Shown: positions 1-12,474, counted from the first letter of the stretch. The stretch: 64,000 bases of DNA from Mustelus asterias (GCF_964213995.1 NC_135830.1:11408001-11472000); one strand, 5' to 3'. The notes: generated by a model not told the origin, from the letters alone. Numbers and translations: made by a program.

Positions 1-168
1 TCCTCAATCCACGCTAACACTTTACCCCCAACTCCGTGTACCTTTATCTTATGCAGCAACCTTTTGTGAGGCACCTTATCGAATGCCTTCTGGAAATCTA
101 AATACACCACATCCACCGGTTCCCCTCTGTCAACTGTACTCATTATATCCTCAAAAAATTCCAGTAAA
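1..168 (-). mobile_element. CR1 LINE RT fragment (runs off window start)
   Basis: Minus strand reads LLEFFEDIMSTVDRGEPVDVVYLDFQKAFDKVPHKRLL, typical CR1 ORF2. Confidence 0.85.
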
Positions 169-2149
169 TGTCGGATAATTTTTTCAAACACACGCTCCAG
201 CTTGAATGATGTCTGTATCTAAACCCTTTATAACTTATGACAATTCATTGAGGTACAGCGGGGTCTAATGTTTTGTGTGTTTGGCAGAGAGTTTAGTCTG
301 AGTTCGAAGCTCAAACAGGCTCTTCACTGCAGACAGCTCACCATGGCAACACTGATAAGACATTTCATTGCACAGAATCGACTCAGAAACCCTTGCCTGA
401 GGCCTGGCTGTACTCAGTAGCCATTGATGATTTAACATGTTTTTGTGACTGTCTTGAATCAGTGACTTTAATGCTGGTGTTACTATTTTAAAATAAACTC
501 ATTCAAAATAATTTAATGCAGACTTTTATAAAGTATCAGATGAAGGAGTTCACAGGAGCCTGTTAATCGCTGGGACAACAATACAACAGGCATTGAGTGA
601 GGGACAGACGCGACCTGGAAACTGGAGGAGTGAATATTGGAAATACTGACCCTTCAGCACCCAGTGAATTCACACATGGCTCTGAGCTCCTAAACAGGGA
701 ACAGAAGCTCCTTTACAACTGTGTTTAGAGTCAGGAAGAACAGCGGTGAATGCTGGAAACGTGCTGTCAAATCAGAGATTGGTGTAAAACTGGGATCTGT
801 TCCTGAGTGAGAGCGAAACAGTGGGTTTAAAATTCCAGTCTGAAAAATGACTGGTATTTATTGTGTGATGATTTAATGTGTTTGCGATAGTCTTGAATCA
901 GTGACTTTAAAGCTGGTGTTACTAATTTAGAATAAAGCCATTTAAAATAAATCTGTGAAAAATCAGTTGGAGGAGTTAAGAGGAGCCTGTTAACCCTGGG
1001 ACAATTATACAACAGACATTGGATCTTCAGATAGAGAAGGAGCTGCAGTATGTTTCCAGGAATTCCCTGTTTAATTGAGAATAAGCAGCTTCTGGTCCCG
1101 GGTATAAACTGGCGGCAGCTTCTCGGCTGTTTCCGGTGACAGACCCGGCACAGCCAATGAGGGAGCTCTTGCTCAGAGCCGCCTCTGACACTCTCTCTCT
1201 GGTTGGAGGACCAGCTGTCCTTTCTCATTCTTCTTCAGAAGAGTCACATTGGACATGAATCATTAGCTCTGTTTCTCTCTCAACAGATGCTGCCAGACCG
1301 AGAGCTTTTCCAGCGTTTTCTGTTTTTATTTCACCATCTCCACCATTTCTTTCCTCCACTCCCAGTTTTCTCCCTCCCTCTCCTCTGTGTTCAGATCTCC
1401 AGCTCCTGCCTGCAGCCTAACAGTAAAATCAATGATTATCTCTCCTGGTCACTGGGACTCTGAAGCCCCGCCCCCTCGCTGTTGTGTCAAGGTGACCACA
1501 CGTGTGTTCTGCTCCCTGTTGAAACAAAATGGCAGCCATTAATCTGACCCTGGTCTGCAGCAGAATTCCTGGAGCTGCAAATGCAGGACCTGCAGGGTTT
1601 TATTCCAGATTTGCTACCAACCCTGGGTGTTAATGACCCACTGCATCCACCTGCCAGCTCCACCGCTCCCTCATATCTCGCTGCCTCTGCCACCACTTAC
1701 CGGCAGCAAATGGGAGAAAAATCTCTTCTTCACCATCACTCACCTTGGGCATGCTCCAAACAATCCAACGCTGTTATTGTGCATTCGTCTCCCATGATGT
1801 AGAGAGGGGACTTTCCCCATCACAGAGAATGCTGGGTATACTCACCACCATTTAAGTCCCAATTAGTTTTAATTATTTATTTGGTGTGACGGCACGGAGA
1901 CTGGGGTTAGAGTGACAATCAATAAAATTAGGAACTAAATACAGAAACCCAAGTTTACAGTCCCTCTCCAATCTGCCAGACAGTAGGAGATGGGAATTAG
2001 TGAAGAACGAGAGTGTCCACATAGCAGTGTGTTATAATCCAGGTCTGAAACTCCAAGGTGTTTTATAAAGTCATCCCAGATCATAAGCTTTGCATTTTGA
2101 CTTTGGTACGGGTAAGCATGAGATGTTTCACTCCAGGTATGATTCAAGT

Positions 2150-5100
2150 CGCGGGAGAGTGAGAACAGGAATCGGTGGAGAATGAATGCGTGGCTGAGGG
2201 ACTGGAGCAAGGGACAAGGATTTGGGTACTTGGATCATTGGGACCTCTTTAGGGGCAGGTGTGACCTGTTTAAAAAAGACGGGTGGCACTTGAATCCCAG
2301 GGGGACCAATATCCTGGCGGGAAGGTTGGCTAAGGCTACTGGAGAGACTTTAAACTAGAAAGGTTGGGGGGAGGGAATCGAAATGAGGGGACTGAGAGCG
2401 AGGAGGTTAGCTCGCAAATAGATAAGGAATGTAGACAGGGTAAGAGGGAGGTTAGACGAGTGATGGAGAAGGGAAGTGCTCAGGCTGAAGGTCTGAGATG
2501 TGTCTATTTTAATGCCAGGAGTGTAGTGAATAAAGTGGATGAGCTTAGAGCGTGGATTGCTGCTTCGAATTGTGATGTGGTGGCCATTACGGAGACTTGG
2601 ATGTCTCAGGGACAGGACTGGGTGCTTCAGGTGCTGGGTTTTAGATGTTTCAGGAAGGACAGGGAGGGGGGCAAGAGAGGGGGGGGGGAGTGGCACTGTT
2701 GATCAGGGATAGTGTCACGGCTGTAGAGAAGGTGGACGCCGTGGAGGGATTGACTACGGAGTCTCTGTGGGTGGAGGTTAGGAACAGGAAGGGGTCGGTA
2801 ACTTTGCTGGGTGTTTTCTATAGGCCACCCAATAGTAACAGAGATGTTGAGGAGCAGATGGGGAAACAGATCCTGGAGAGATGTAGGAATAACAGAGTTG
2901 TCGTGATGGGAGATTTTAATTTCCCAAACATAGATTGGAATATCCCTAGGGCTAGGGGTTTGGATGGAGAGGAGTTTGTTAGGTGTGTCCAGGAGAGTTT
3001 CCTGACACAGTATGTGGATAAGCCTACTAGAGGAGAGGCTGTACTTGATCTGGTGCTGGCTAATGAACCTGGACAGGTGGAGGATCTCTCGGTGGGTGAG
3101 CATCTTGGGGATAGCGATCATAATTCTATCTCCTTCACGATAGCATTGGAAAGAGATAGGATCAGGCAGGCTAGGAAAGTGTTTCTCTGGAGTAAAGGGA
3201 AATGCAGTGTCATCAGGGAGGCAATTGGACGGGTAAATTGGAAGGAGGCATTCTTGGGGAAAAGTACCGAAGGAAAGTGGAGGATTTTCAAGGAATGTTT
3301 GTCTGGAGCTCTGCATGACAACGTTCCGATGAGACAGGGGGGTGTTGGTAGGGTACGGGAACCGTGGTGCACGAAGGTTGTGATGAACCTGGTGAATAAG
3401 AAAAGAGAGGCGTACAGAAGGTTCAGAGAGCTAGGAGGTGTTAAGGATTTAGAGGAGTATACGGGATGTAGGAAGGAGCTTAAGAAGGAAATTAGGAGAG
3501 CGAGAAGGGGTCATGAGAAGACCTTGGCGGGTAAGATTAAGGAGAATCCCAAGGCTTTCTACAAATATGTCAAGAGTAAAAGGATGAGATGTGAAGGCAT
3601 AGGACCCTTAAAAGGTGAAGGGGGAAAAGTTTGTGCGGAACCGTTAGAAATGGCGGAGGTGCTTAATGAATACTTTACCTCGGTATTCACGGTGGAAAGG
3701 GATCTGGGTGGTTGTACTGCTGGTTTGCGGTGGACAGAAAGGATCGAGCATGTGGACATAAAGAAAGAGGATGTGTTGGAACTATTGAATGGCATCAAGG
3801 TTGGTAAGTCGTCGGGACCGGATGGGATGTACCCCAGGTTACTGTGGGAGGCGAGGGAGGAGATTGCGGAGCCTTTGGCGATGATCTTTGCATCGTCGAT
3901 GGAGACGGGAGAGGTTCCGGAGGATTGGAGGATTGCAGATGTGGTCCCTATATTCAAGAAAGGGAACAGGGACAGCCCGGGAAATTACCGACCGGTGAGT
4001 CTAACCTCAGTGGTTGGTAAGTTGATGGAGAGGATCCTGAGAGACAGGATTTATGATCATCTAGAGAAGTTTAGTATGATCAAAAGTAGTCAGCACGGCT
4101 TTGTCAAGGGCAGGTCGTGCCTTACGAGCCTGGTTGAGTTCTTTGAAAATGTGACCAAACACATTGACGAAGGAAGAGCGGTGGATGTGGTCTATATGGA
4201 CTTCAGCAAGGCGTTCGATAAGGTCCCCCATGCAAGACTTCTTGAGAAAGTGAGAGGGCATGGGATCCAAGGGGCTGTTGCCTTGTGGATCCAGAACTGG
4301 CTTGCCTGCAGAAGGCAGAGAGTGGCTGTGGAGGGGTCTTTCTCTGCATGGAGGTCAGTGACCAGTGGAGTGCCCCAGGGATCTGTTCTGGGACCCTTGC
4401 TGTTTGTCATTTTCATAAATGACCTGGATGAGGAAGTGGAGGGATGGGTTGGTAAGTTTGCTGACGACACCAAGGTAGGTGGTGTTGTGGATAGTTTGGA
4501 GGGATGTCAGAAGTTGCAGCGAGACATAGATAGAATGCAAGACTGGGTGGAGAAGTGGCAGATGGACTTCAACCCGGATAAGTGTGTAGTGATCCATTTT
4601 GGCAGATCCAATGGGATGAAGCAGCAGTATAATATGAAGGGTACCATTCTTAGCAGTGTAGAGGATCAGAAGGACCTTGGGGTCCGGGTCCATAGGACTC
4701 TTAAATCGGCCTCGCAGGTGGAGGATGCGGTCAAGAAGGCGTACGGCGTACTAGCCTTCATTAATCGAGGGATTGAGTTTAGGAGTCGGGAGATAATGCT
4801 GCAGCTTTATAGGACCCTGGTTAGACCCCACTTGGAGTACTGCGCGCAGTTCTGGTCACCTCATTACAGGAAAGATGTTGAAGCCATTGAAAGGGTGCAG
4901 AGGAGATTTACAAGGATGTTGCCTGGATTGGGGGGCATGCCTTATGAGGATAGGTTGAGGGAGCTTGGTCTCTTCTCCCTGGAGAGACGAAGGATGAGAG
5001 GTGACCTGATAGAGGTTTACAAGATGTTGAGAGGTCTGGATAGGGTAGACTCTCAGAGGCTATTTCCAAGGGTTGAAATGGTTGCTACGAGAGGACACAG

Positions 5101-5360
5101 GTTTAAGGTGCTGGGGGGTAGGTACAGAGGAGATGTCAGGGGTAAGTTTTTCACTCAGAGGGTGGTGGGTGAGTGGAATCGGCTGATGTCGGTGGTGGTG
5201 GAGGCAAACTCGTTGGGGTCTTTTAAGAGACTTCTGGATGAGTACATGGGATTTAATGGGATTGAGGGCTATAGATAGGCCTAGAGGTAGGGATATGATC
5301 AGCGCAACTTGTGGGCCGAAGGGCCTGTTTGTGCTGTGGCTTTCTATGTTCTATGTTCTA
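2150..5360 (+). mobile_element. Young CR1 (HER1-like) LINE, 5'-truncated within ORF1, complete ORF2 and 3' tail
   Basis: ORF1 esterase-like C-terminus (MNAWLRDW...DGWHLNPRGTNILAG) ending 2358; APE endonuclease (YFNARS, ITETW, GDFN, SDH) + RT (GVPQGS, FADD); (ttctatg)n tail 5341-5360. Confidence 0.95.
2462..5278 (+). CDS. CR1 ORF2 (APE endonuclease + reverse transcriptase), one frameshift in G10 run at 2679-2688
   Basis: ORFs 2364..2702 and 2645..5278 join at KRGGG|VALL; no other disruption seen. Confidence 0.85.
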
Positions 5361-6230
5361 AGTGAGCCACTGGGGAGCTTTTATCAAACAAAGTTTATTT
5401 AAAAATACAATTAACACATAGAAAGAAACTTAGCAAGAGCTTTTACCAATTACAAACAAGAAAAAAAACCCATGATATTGTGTAAACATTAACAGCTCAA
5501 TGTACTGTTCCAACACAACATTCTTATCAACATACACACATGGTTTTGGTTGAACACAGAAAATGCGGATACTCACGTGATTTTGCAGCTCTGCAACACC
5601 TGCTGTGAATTAGTCCTTTGGGTGGAGAATTGAAATGCTGACTTCCCCGTCCTGTAGCTCCCAGCACCGTCGAGGTAGAGATAGAGCCACTGCTTGCCTC
5701 GAGCTAGCAAACCACTCACAGCAAAATTTTCACTCCAGAAAGGCAAGAAAGACTGCTTCCATCGAGCCAGCAGAATTTCTAATACCAGGGAGAGACACAG
5801 AAATACTGCTTTTCAGTCTGGGATCTAACAGCTTCTACCTAAAACTGAAAGTGAATCCTTGGATTCCTCTGTGAAGGAACCACCTGACCTTGACCTGTCC
5901 ATCAATCTTCCCACAACAATTCAAAAGGGACATAAACTCGTAAAACTCCAGGACATTCCATTGGGCCCAAATTACAGATAAACAAAAAGGCCCATTGTGC
6001 TTTCATCAGACATCACGGCAACAATACAAAAACCCCCAGAGAATCAGGATTAAAATACCTTCCTTAAATGCACAGTAGTATCACAAGTGATCACTGCAGA
6101 ATTGACTTCACTGTAACGTGAGCTCACTGGTGTCTCAGGAAGGTGAGATGCCTGAATCAATCCTGTTTGTAATTTCAGGATTGCATTCTCATGGATATTC
6201 CAGATCATGTACTTTATTTATGGTGGCATT

Positions 6231-6545
6231 TTGATTTGATTTATTATTGTCACATGTATTAGTATACAGTGAAAAGTATTGTTTCTTGCGCGCTTTACAA
6301 AGCATACCGTTCATAGAGAAGGAAATGAGAGATTGCAGAATGTAGTGTTAGTCATAGCTAGGGTGTAGAGAAAAATCAACTTAGTGTGAGATAGGTCCAT
6401 TCAAAAGTCTGATGGCAGCAGGGAAAATGCTATTCTTGTGTCAGTTGGTACATGACCTCAGATTTTTGTATCTTTTTTCCAACGGAAGACAGTGGAACAG
6501 AGAATGTCCAGGATGTGTGGGGTCCTTAATTATGCTGCTTGCTGC
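6231..6545 (-). mobile_element. Rex1/Babar LINE 3' fragment
   Basis: Reverse complement of the 3' UTR/tail of the copy at 58820-59377; (tttga)n tail. Confidence 0.75.
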
Positions 6546-6569
6546 AGCTCCTTCCTTTTCAGAAGTTTA

Positions 6570-7040
6570 TAAGGAACAGGAGCAGGAGTCGACATTTCAC
6601 CCACCGGGATTGCTCTGCCATTCAATCAGATTGTGGCTGATCAGATTATGGCTGATTGCAGCCTGAAGTCCACATTCCTGCCTCACTCCCGATCCCTCGA
6701 CTCCCTTTTGATCAGAGCTCTGTGTAACTCAGCCTTGAATGTATTCAATGATCCAGCTCCAGTGCTCTCCAAGGAGAGAGAATTCCAAAGTGAATGAGAA
6801 GAAATTCCTCCTCACCTCCCTTATTATTAAATCCAGCCTCCAGTTTGAGATTTCCATGAGGGGAAACATCCTCTCAGCATCCAACCTGTCGAGCCCCCCC
6901 ATGAATTTTAGGTTTCAATAAGATCATCTCTCAATCTTCTAAACTCTGTGTGCGGACCCAACCTTTCCTCATAAAGTAACCCCTTCATCCCAGGAATCAG
7001 CCCAGTGAATCTTCTCTGAACTGCTTCCAACACAATTGTA
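6570..7040 (-). mobile_element. Old CR1 3' fragment
   Basis: Decayed match to CR1 ORF2 C-terminus/3' UTR (gaattccaaag, aagaaattcctcctc, cccttcatcccaggaatca). Confidence 0.65.
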
Positions 7041-7249
7041 TTTTGCATCTTTCACTGAAAACAGGACAAATATTTTGTTCAGAGTCTGGGCCATTTCCTT
7101 CATTCCCATGATTGTTCAGTCTTACCTGCTGAGGGACCAATCCTCACTTCAGCTGCCCTTTCCTATTTCACAAACTTGGAGAAATTTTATTGTGAGATTT
7201 TTCTTGTGACTTTCCCCTCAAACTCCATTTTCCAAGACATTCAATGATC

Positions 7250-7660
7250 TTAGAGAGGTAGGGAAGTTGGAGATGGGGCGCTAGTTTGCACAAACGGTGG
7301 GATCAAGAGTTGGTTCATTGAGGGGGAGGCTGATGTTGGCAGTTTTGCAGAGTGACAGGACCCGAGGCAAGGGAACAATTAAAACAATCAGCTGACACCG
7401 AGAAGGTGATGGTCAGCAACTTAGTGAGAATAGAGTGAAGGGAGCAGAGGGTGAGTCTCACGGAGGTGAGCTCTGGAGGGGATGAGAGGAGATAGGAGAA
7501 AAACTAAAGAAAGAGGCAAGTTTAAGGTTCAAGGAAGGAGGAGCTTTTAGAGACAGTCTGGCTCCATGGGCCAGTGGAAGGGAGTGAATCAGCAGAGGCA
7601 GCTGATCAGATTGTCTCAATCTTAGTGACAAAGAAGCTCCATGAGCTCCTCACACTTGTT
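7250..7660 (-). mobile_element. L2 LINE fragment
   Basis: Minus strand PTLDPTVCAN*RPISNFP motif typical of L2 RT. Confidence 0.6.
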
Positions 7661-7879
7661 GGAGGAGACAGGGGGGAGGGAGAGAATTTCAAAAGGAACT
7701 AACTTATGTTGGTGACAGTAAAAGGACTTGTCACACTGAGTTTAACACAAAGCTGATTTATTTATCCTTTATCCAGAATATTAACCTCCACCTGAAGTGG
7801 AATTCATTATGATCAGAAACAGACCCAAGAACATAGTTCAATCCTGGATGTTATTAACAGAAGAATCTAATCACAGTAA

Positions 7880-8104
7880 TTACATGTGAACTCTCAGGTA
7901 TGTCAACAGGTTGGGCAAACAGATAAATCCCTTCCTACACGCTGAGCAGGTGAACAGCCTCTCCCCAGCATCAGTGTGCTGGTTTACAGTGAGTTGAGCT
8001 GAACCCAGTCCCAAAGTCTCTTGTCAGTGTGAACACGTTGATGGGATGTTAGTTCCTCCAATTGTCTACAGCACTTCCTGGAGTTGAGCATTCAAACAGG
8101 TTTC
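7880..8104 (-). pseudogene. Decayed C-terminal zinc fingers cut off from the 9647-10201 ZNF
   Basis: Minus strand remnants [13 protein letters not shown] and [14 protein letters not shown] with indels; homologous to 53270-53450. Confidence 0.75.
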
Positions 8105-9654
8105 AGACAAGTGATCGGTTCCAGCTTTATTTCAGACTCAGTTGAAACAAAAATAAGACGTTTTAGTTGTTCAATTAAACAACAGCCTGTTCCATTTGAT
8201 TACTACCAAAAGCCTGTCTATGTTCGCAGAAAGGAGGTTCGATCTATATTTTCATTTGGAATTCGTGGGGATTTTTCTTCTGATCGCAATGCATTGCTGG
8301 GCACGATCAATGATCCAATCCAAAGTACGCATGAAATGGGGATGCCTGTTTCTCAAAATCCTCCACCTATTATAGTTAATAGGGGGAGAACATACATCGA
8401 CAACCCTGCAAAGCCCAGTGTATACAATGTTGTTTCAACTCACATATGTAATCTGATTGTAAATTCAAAGGAGACAAAATGGATGCCAGTCATTTGGAAA
8501 ACATACTTCCTCGGTGTGATTTGTACATGAGTGCAAGAATGAACCCTGGCCAACGATTTCAAAAAGTCCACACCACAAATTACGAGTATCAGATATCCAG
8601 TAAAGCAACCCCCAAAGAGGTCTTCAAAGTTTGCCATCTGTGAAAGCGCTTCAGCAAAGCGCATATTCAACTACTTAGAAAGGACATCACCAATAACTCT
8701 ATCAGATGCATCACCCACCACCAGAGTTTCAACCGGCCAGGAAACGCACAAGCTGTTGGCTCAAACATCATCCATCGAGAGCATTCCGAAAAGAAAAACA
8801 CGTTTATCTCCAGAAGTATTGCCTGCACTCACTCCCAGGACAAGTTGCAAGTACAGAATAACAATGACTCCCGTACAACATCGGTTGAGTGCTGGACACT
8901 TCTCAACTTGGGAGGCAGAAAACAATGAAGTCCTATACTACATGCAGAAGACCAGTGGTGGTGATATCTAAGGATAAGGCAGTTGCTCCAACACCTCATC
9001 AAGAAGATCCAGTCCAAATGAGCAGACATAAGATGCATGAAACCTGACTGTCTATTTCTCGAAATCCTCCACCTGATGCACCATCCACCACCACAGTTTC
9101 AACCGGCCAGGGAAAGCGCAAGCGTTTGGATGAAACACCATCCATCGAGAGCATTCCACAAAGAAAAATGAGTTTATCTCCTAAAATATTGCCATCACTC
9201 ACTCCCAGGACAAGTTGCAAGTACAGAATAACAAAGACTCCCGTACAACATCGGATGAGTGCTGGTCACTTCTCAGCTTGGGAGGCAGGAAACGATGAAA
9301 TCCTATACTACATGCAGAAGACCAGTGGTGGTGATGACCAATCTGAGGATAAGGCAGTTGCTCCAACACCTCATCAAGAAGATCCAATCCAAAGAACGCA
9401 TGAAATGGGGATGCCTGTTTCTGGAAATCCTCCACCTGATGCACCACCCAACACCAGAGTTTCAACCGGCCAGGAAAAGCGCAAGCTGTTGCATCAAACA
9501 CAATCCATCGAGAGCATTCCAAAAAGGTTTGGTTCTGCCTTTCAATTATCCTAATGAACAATGTTTGCATCTTCATAGCTGCTGACAGATAAAGTTAATA
9601 AAATACACATTCAGTTGCCTACAACAGTTAATAAACATTTGCATTACTAAAACA
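8105..9654 (+). pseudogene. 5'-truncated processed retrocopy of an unrecognised modular gene
   Basis: 11-bp TSD aaacaggtttc (8094-8104, 9655-9665); AATAAA 9630-9635 then A-rich remnant; long reading frame with 3 TGA stops and one 5-bp frameshift, stop at 9554. Confidence 0.8.
8705..9527 (+). repeat. Tandem ~365-370 bp duplication (about 2.2 units) within the retrocopy
   Basis: STGQ..K.L..T.SIESIP at ~8705, 9076, 9438; LTPRTSCKYRIT...YYMQKTSGG twice. Confidence 0.9.
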
Positions 9655-10201
9655 AAACAGGTTTCTCATCAGTGTGACTGCGCTGGTGTTTCCGCAGGTT
9701 GGCTAACCGAGTGAATCCTTTCTCACACTCGGGGCAGGGGAATGGCTTCTCCCCAGTGTGAACTCGCTCATGTGCCAGCAGGTTCGATGAGTGAGTGAAT
9801 CCCATCCCGCAGTCAGAGCAGAGGAACGGCCTCTCCCCAGTGTGAACTCTCCGGTGGTTCAGCAGGTTGTATGAATGAGTGAATCGCTTTCCACAGTCAG
9901 AGCAGATGAACGGCCTCTCCCCGGTGTGAATTCGCTGATGTGTCACCAGACTGGATGACTGAGTGAATCCCTTCCCACACACGGGACAGGTGAACTGTCG
10001 CTCCCCAGTGTGGTTTCGCCCATGAGCTTTCAGTTCAAATGAGTAACTGAATCCCTTCCCACAGTCCCCACATTTATAGGGTCTTTCTCCAGTGTGAACG
10101 TGCTTGTGTTTCAACAGGCCAGATGATCGGCTGTAGCCTTGTCCACACTCAGAGCACGTGTACGGTTTCTCCCCACTCTTAACAGTGCTTTTACCTTCCA
10201 T
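9647..10201 (-). CDS. C2H2 zinc-finger protein, 6 fingers, stop codon supplied by retrocopy tail
   Basis: Six intact CxxC...HxxxH fingers with TGERPF linkers; ATG at 10201; acceptor ttcacag| at 10304. Confidence 0.8.
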   Translation of the reverse strand: MEGKSTVKSGEKPYTCSECGQGYSRSSGLLKHKHVHTGERPYKCGDCGKGFSYSFELKAHGRNHTGERQFTCPVCGKGFTQSSSLVTHQRIHTGERPFICSDCGKRFTHSYNLLNHRRVHTGERPFLCSDCGMGFTHSSNLLAHERVHTGEKPFPCPECEKGFTRLANLRKHQRSHTDEKPVLF

Positions 10202-11039
10202 GTTCAAATTCTGATGATACTGAGGTTCTGATGAATTGGGCGACTCTCAGATCCTGATGTGATGTTCAAATTTCCCAACTGCAAATCCTCAACTTCCAAT
10301 ACCCTGTGAAATTGATTTAAAACAGAAAAAAAGAGAGTGAGAGAGAACCCACAAAACTCAAAGGCAAGTTGTGAAATTGAGCTGAATGAATCTGGTAATT
10401 TGTGGAGCTGGTACTAGGAAAAGATGACCATGAAAACAGCTGGATTGTCATAAAAACCCAACTAGTGTCCTTCAGGCGAGGAAACCTGCTCATGCAGTCT
10501 GGGCCTACACCAGGTCTGAACCAACACAAGACTCTGGGATCAATGAGGGGAGCAAGGAAGAGAAAGATAGAGAGGTAGGAGCAGGAAGTATTGAAGGCGA
10601 GGCTTTTATGTATCTCCAACTCGACCCGAGCTTTGAAGGAATCATTAGCTCACCCACCTAGAAGGTCCAGAGCATCAGGTGTGTGTGAACATGAACACTT
10701 CCAGGTTCCCCTCCAAGTAACACACCATCCTATCATGTCTGACATCCAGTGCTCGTTGAGCAGAAATGTCCTCCAATTCAATACTGGGAAGAGGAAAGCC
10801 ACTGTCTTCAGTGCTTGCAACAAAATCCACTCCTCTCTGTTGTAACTCTTTGAGGCTGAACCAGACAGTTCATAAGCTGGTTGTTAAATTTCATCCCAAG
10901 CTGAGGTTCTGATTACATATCACTAAGATTATTATATTAACACCTATAGCAGAGCTGGAGTTATTTTGCAATTCAGCAGAAACAAACCCAAATGAACTGG
11001 TTCAGTCTGAATATGATTCACGCCAAAATCCAATCACTG

Positions 11040-11980
11040 CAGTTACTTGGAATTTGTTGGTGTTTCAGCAGCCCGGATAAGGCAATATATCCCTTCCCAC
11101 AACAGGAGCAGGTGAACTGCCTCTTCCCAGTGTGACTGCGTCGATGAGTTTCCAACTTGGATTGATATTTGAGTCCCTTCCCACAGTCCCCACATTTAAG
11201 ACCATAAGACATAGGAGCGGAAGTAAGGCCATTCGGCCCATCGAGTCCACTCCACCATTCAATCATGGTTGATTTCAACTCCATTTACCCGCTCTCTCCC
11301 CATAGCCCTTAATTCCTCGAGAAATCAAGAATTTATCAATTTCTGTCTTGAAGACGCTCAACGTCTCGGCCTCCACAGCCCTCTGTGGCAATGAATTCCA
11401 CAGACCCACCACTCTCTGGCTGAAGAAATTTCTCCTCATCTCTGTTCTAAAGTGACTCCCTTTTATTCTAAGGCTGTGCCCCCGCGTCCTAGTCTCCCCT
11501 GTTAATGGAAACAACTTCCCTACGTCCATCCTATCTAAGCCGTTCATTATCTTGTAAGTTTCTATCAGATCTCCCCTCAACCTCCTAAACTCCAATGAAT
11601 ATAATCCCACGATCCTCAGACGTTCATCGTATGTCAGGCCTACCATTCCTGGGATCATCCGTGTGAATCTCCGCTGGACCCGCTCCAGTGCCAGTATGTC
11701 CTTCCTGAGGTGTGGGGCCCAAAATTGCTCACAGTACTCCAAATGGGGCCTAACCAGTGCTTTATAAAGCCTCAGAAGTACATCCCTGCTTTTGTATTCC
11801 AAGCCTCTTGAGATAAATGACAACATTACATTTGCTTTCTTAATTACGGACTCAACCTGCAAGTTTACCTTTAGAGAATCCTGGACTAGGACTCCCAAGT
11901 CCCTTTGCACTTTAGCATTTCCATGCCATCTCCCTGTTGTGACTACAATTATGTTCCAAAAGGCCAGATGATTGGTTGAA
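11040..11980 (-). pseudogene. ZNF pseudogene (paralogue of 21148-22446) interrupted by CR1 and truncated by SINE
   Basis: Finger remnants at 11040-11197 and 11916-11980; 11916-11980 matches 22317-22380; 3' flank 10935-11070 matches 21048-21187. Confidence 0.75.
11198..11915 (-). mobile_element. CR1 3' fragment
   Basis: QRDLGVLV...RPHLEYC...QRVVGLWNSLP; TSD cattt 11193-11197 / 11916-11920. Confidence 0.9.
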
Positions 11981-11981
11981 A

Positions 11982-12267
11982 AGCGCCAGGGACCTGGGTT
12001 CAATTCCCAGCTTGGGTCACTGTCTGTGTGGAGTTTGCATGTTCTCCCCATGTCTGCGTGGGTTTCCTCTGGGTGCTCCGGTTTCCTCCCACAGTCCAAA
12101 GATATGCAGGTTAGGTGGATTGGCCATGCTAAATTGCCCCTTAGTGTTAGGGGGACTAGCTTGGTAAGTGCATGGGGTTATGGGGTTAGGGCCTGGGTGG
12201 GATTGTGGTTGGTGCAGACTCGATGGGCCAAATGGCCGCCTTCTGCACTGTAAGATTCTATGATTCT
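11982..12267 (+). mobile_element. HE1-type V-SINE (5' truncated)
   Basis: B-box ggttcaattcc, V-domain gggtttcctc..gtgctccggtttcctccc, CR1-derived tail gattctatg. Confidence 0.9.
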
Positions 12268-12339
12268 CTGATTTTTAGCAACTTCTCAGCTGTCTTTATC
12301 CTCATTTCCATTCCCTTTGTCCCATTCCACTCCCCCTCC

Positions 12340-12473
12340 TCATAGTATGAATCTTTTCTGATTCTCTTTACTCTTAGCTGTGACGAAGGGTCATCCAGAC
12401 TGGAAACATTGGCTCTATTCTCTCCCCACAGAAGCTGTCAGACCTGCTGAGATTTTCCAGCATTGTCTGGTTT
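12340..12473 (+). mobile_element. Short Penelope-derived terminal repeat with degenerate hammerhead
   Basis: gtgacgaagggtcatccagactggaaacattggc...gacctgctgag..tttccagca; near-identical reverse complement at 32990-33086. Confidence 0.55.
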
Positions 12474-12474
12474 A

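Larger units (their letters stand above)
1885..6085 (-). mobile_element. Probable solo LTR (~1 kb: 1885-2149 + 5361-6085) split by the CR1 insertion
   Basis: Termini tgtga...tcaca; minus-strand AATAAA near 5394; flanks rejoin at aagt; no clean TSD seen. Confidence 0.4.
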
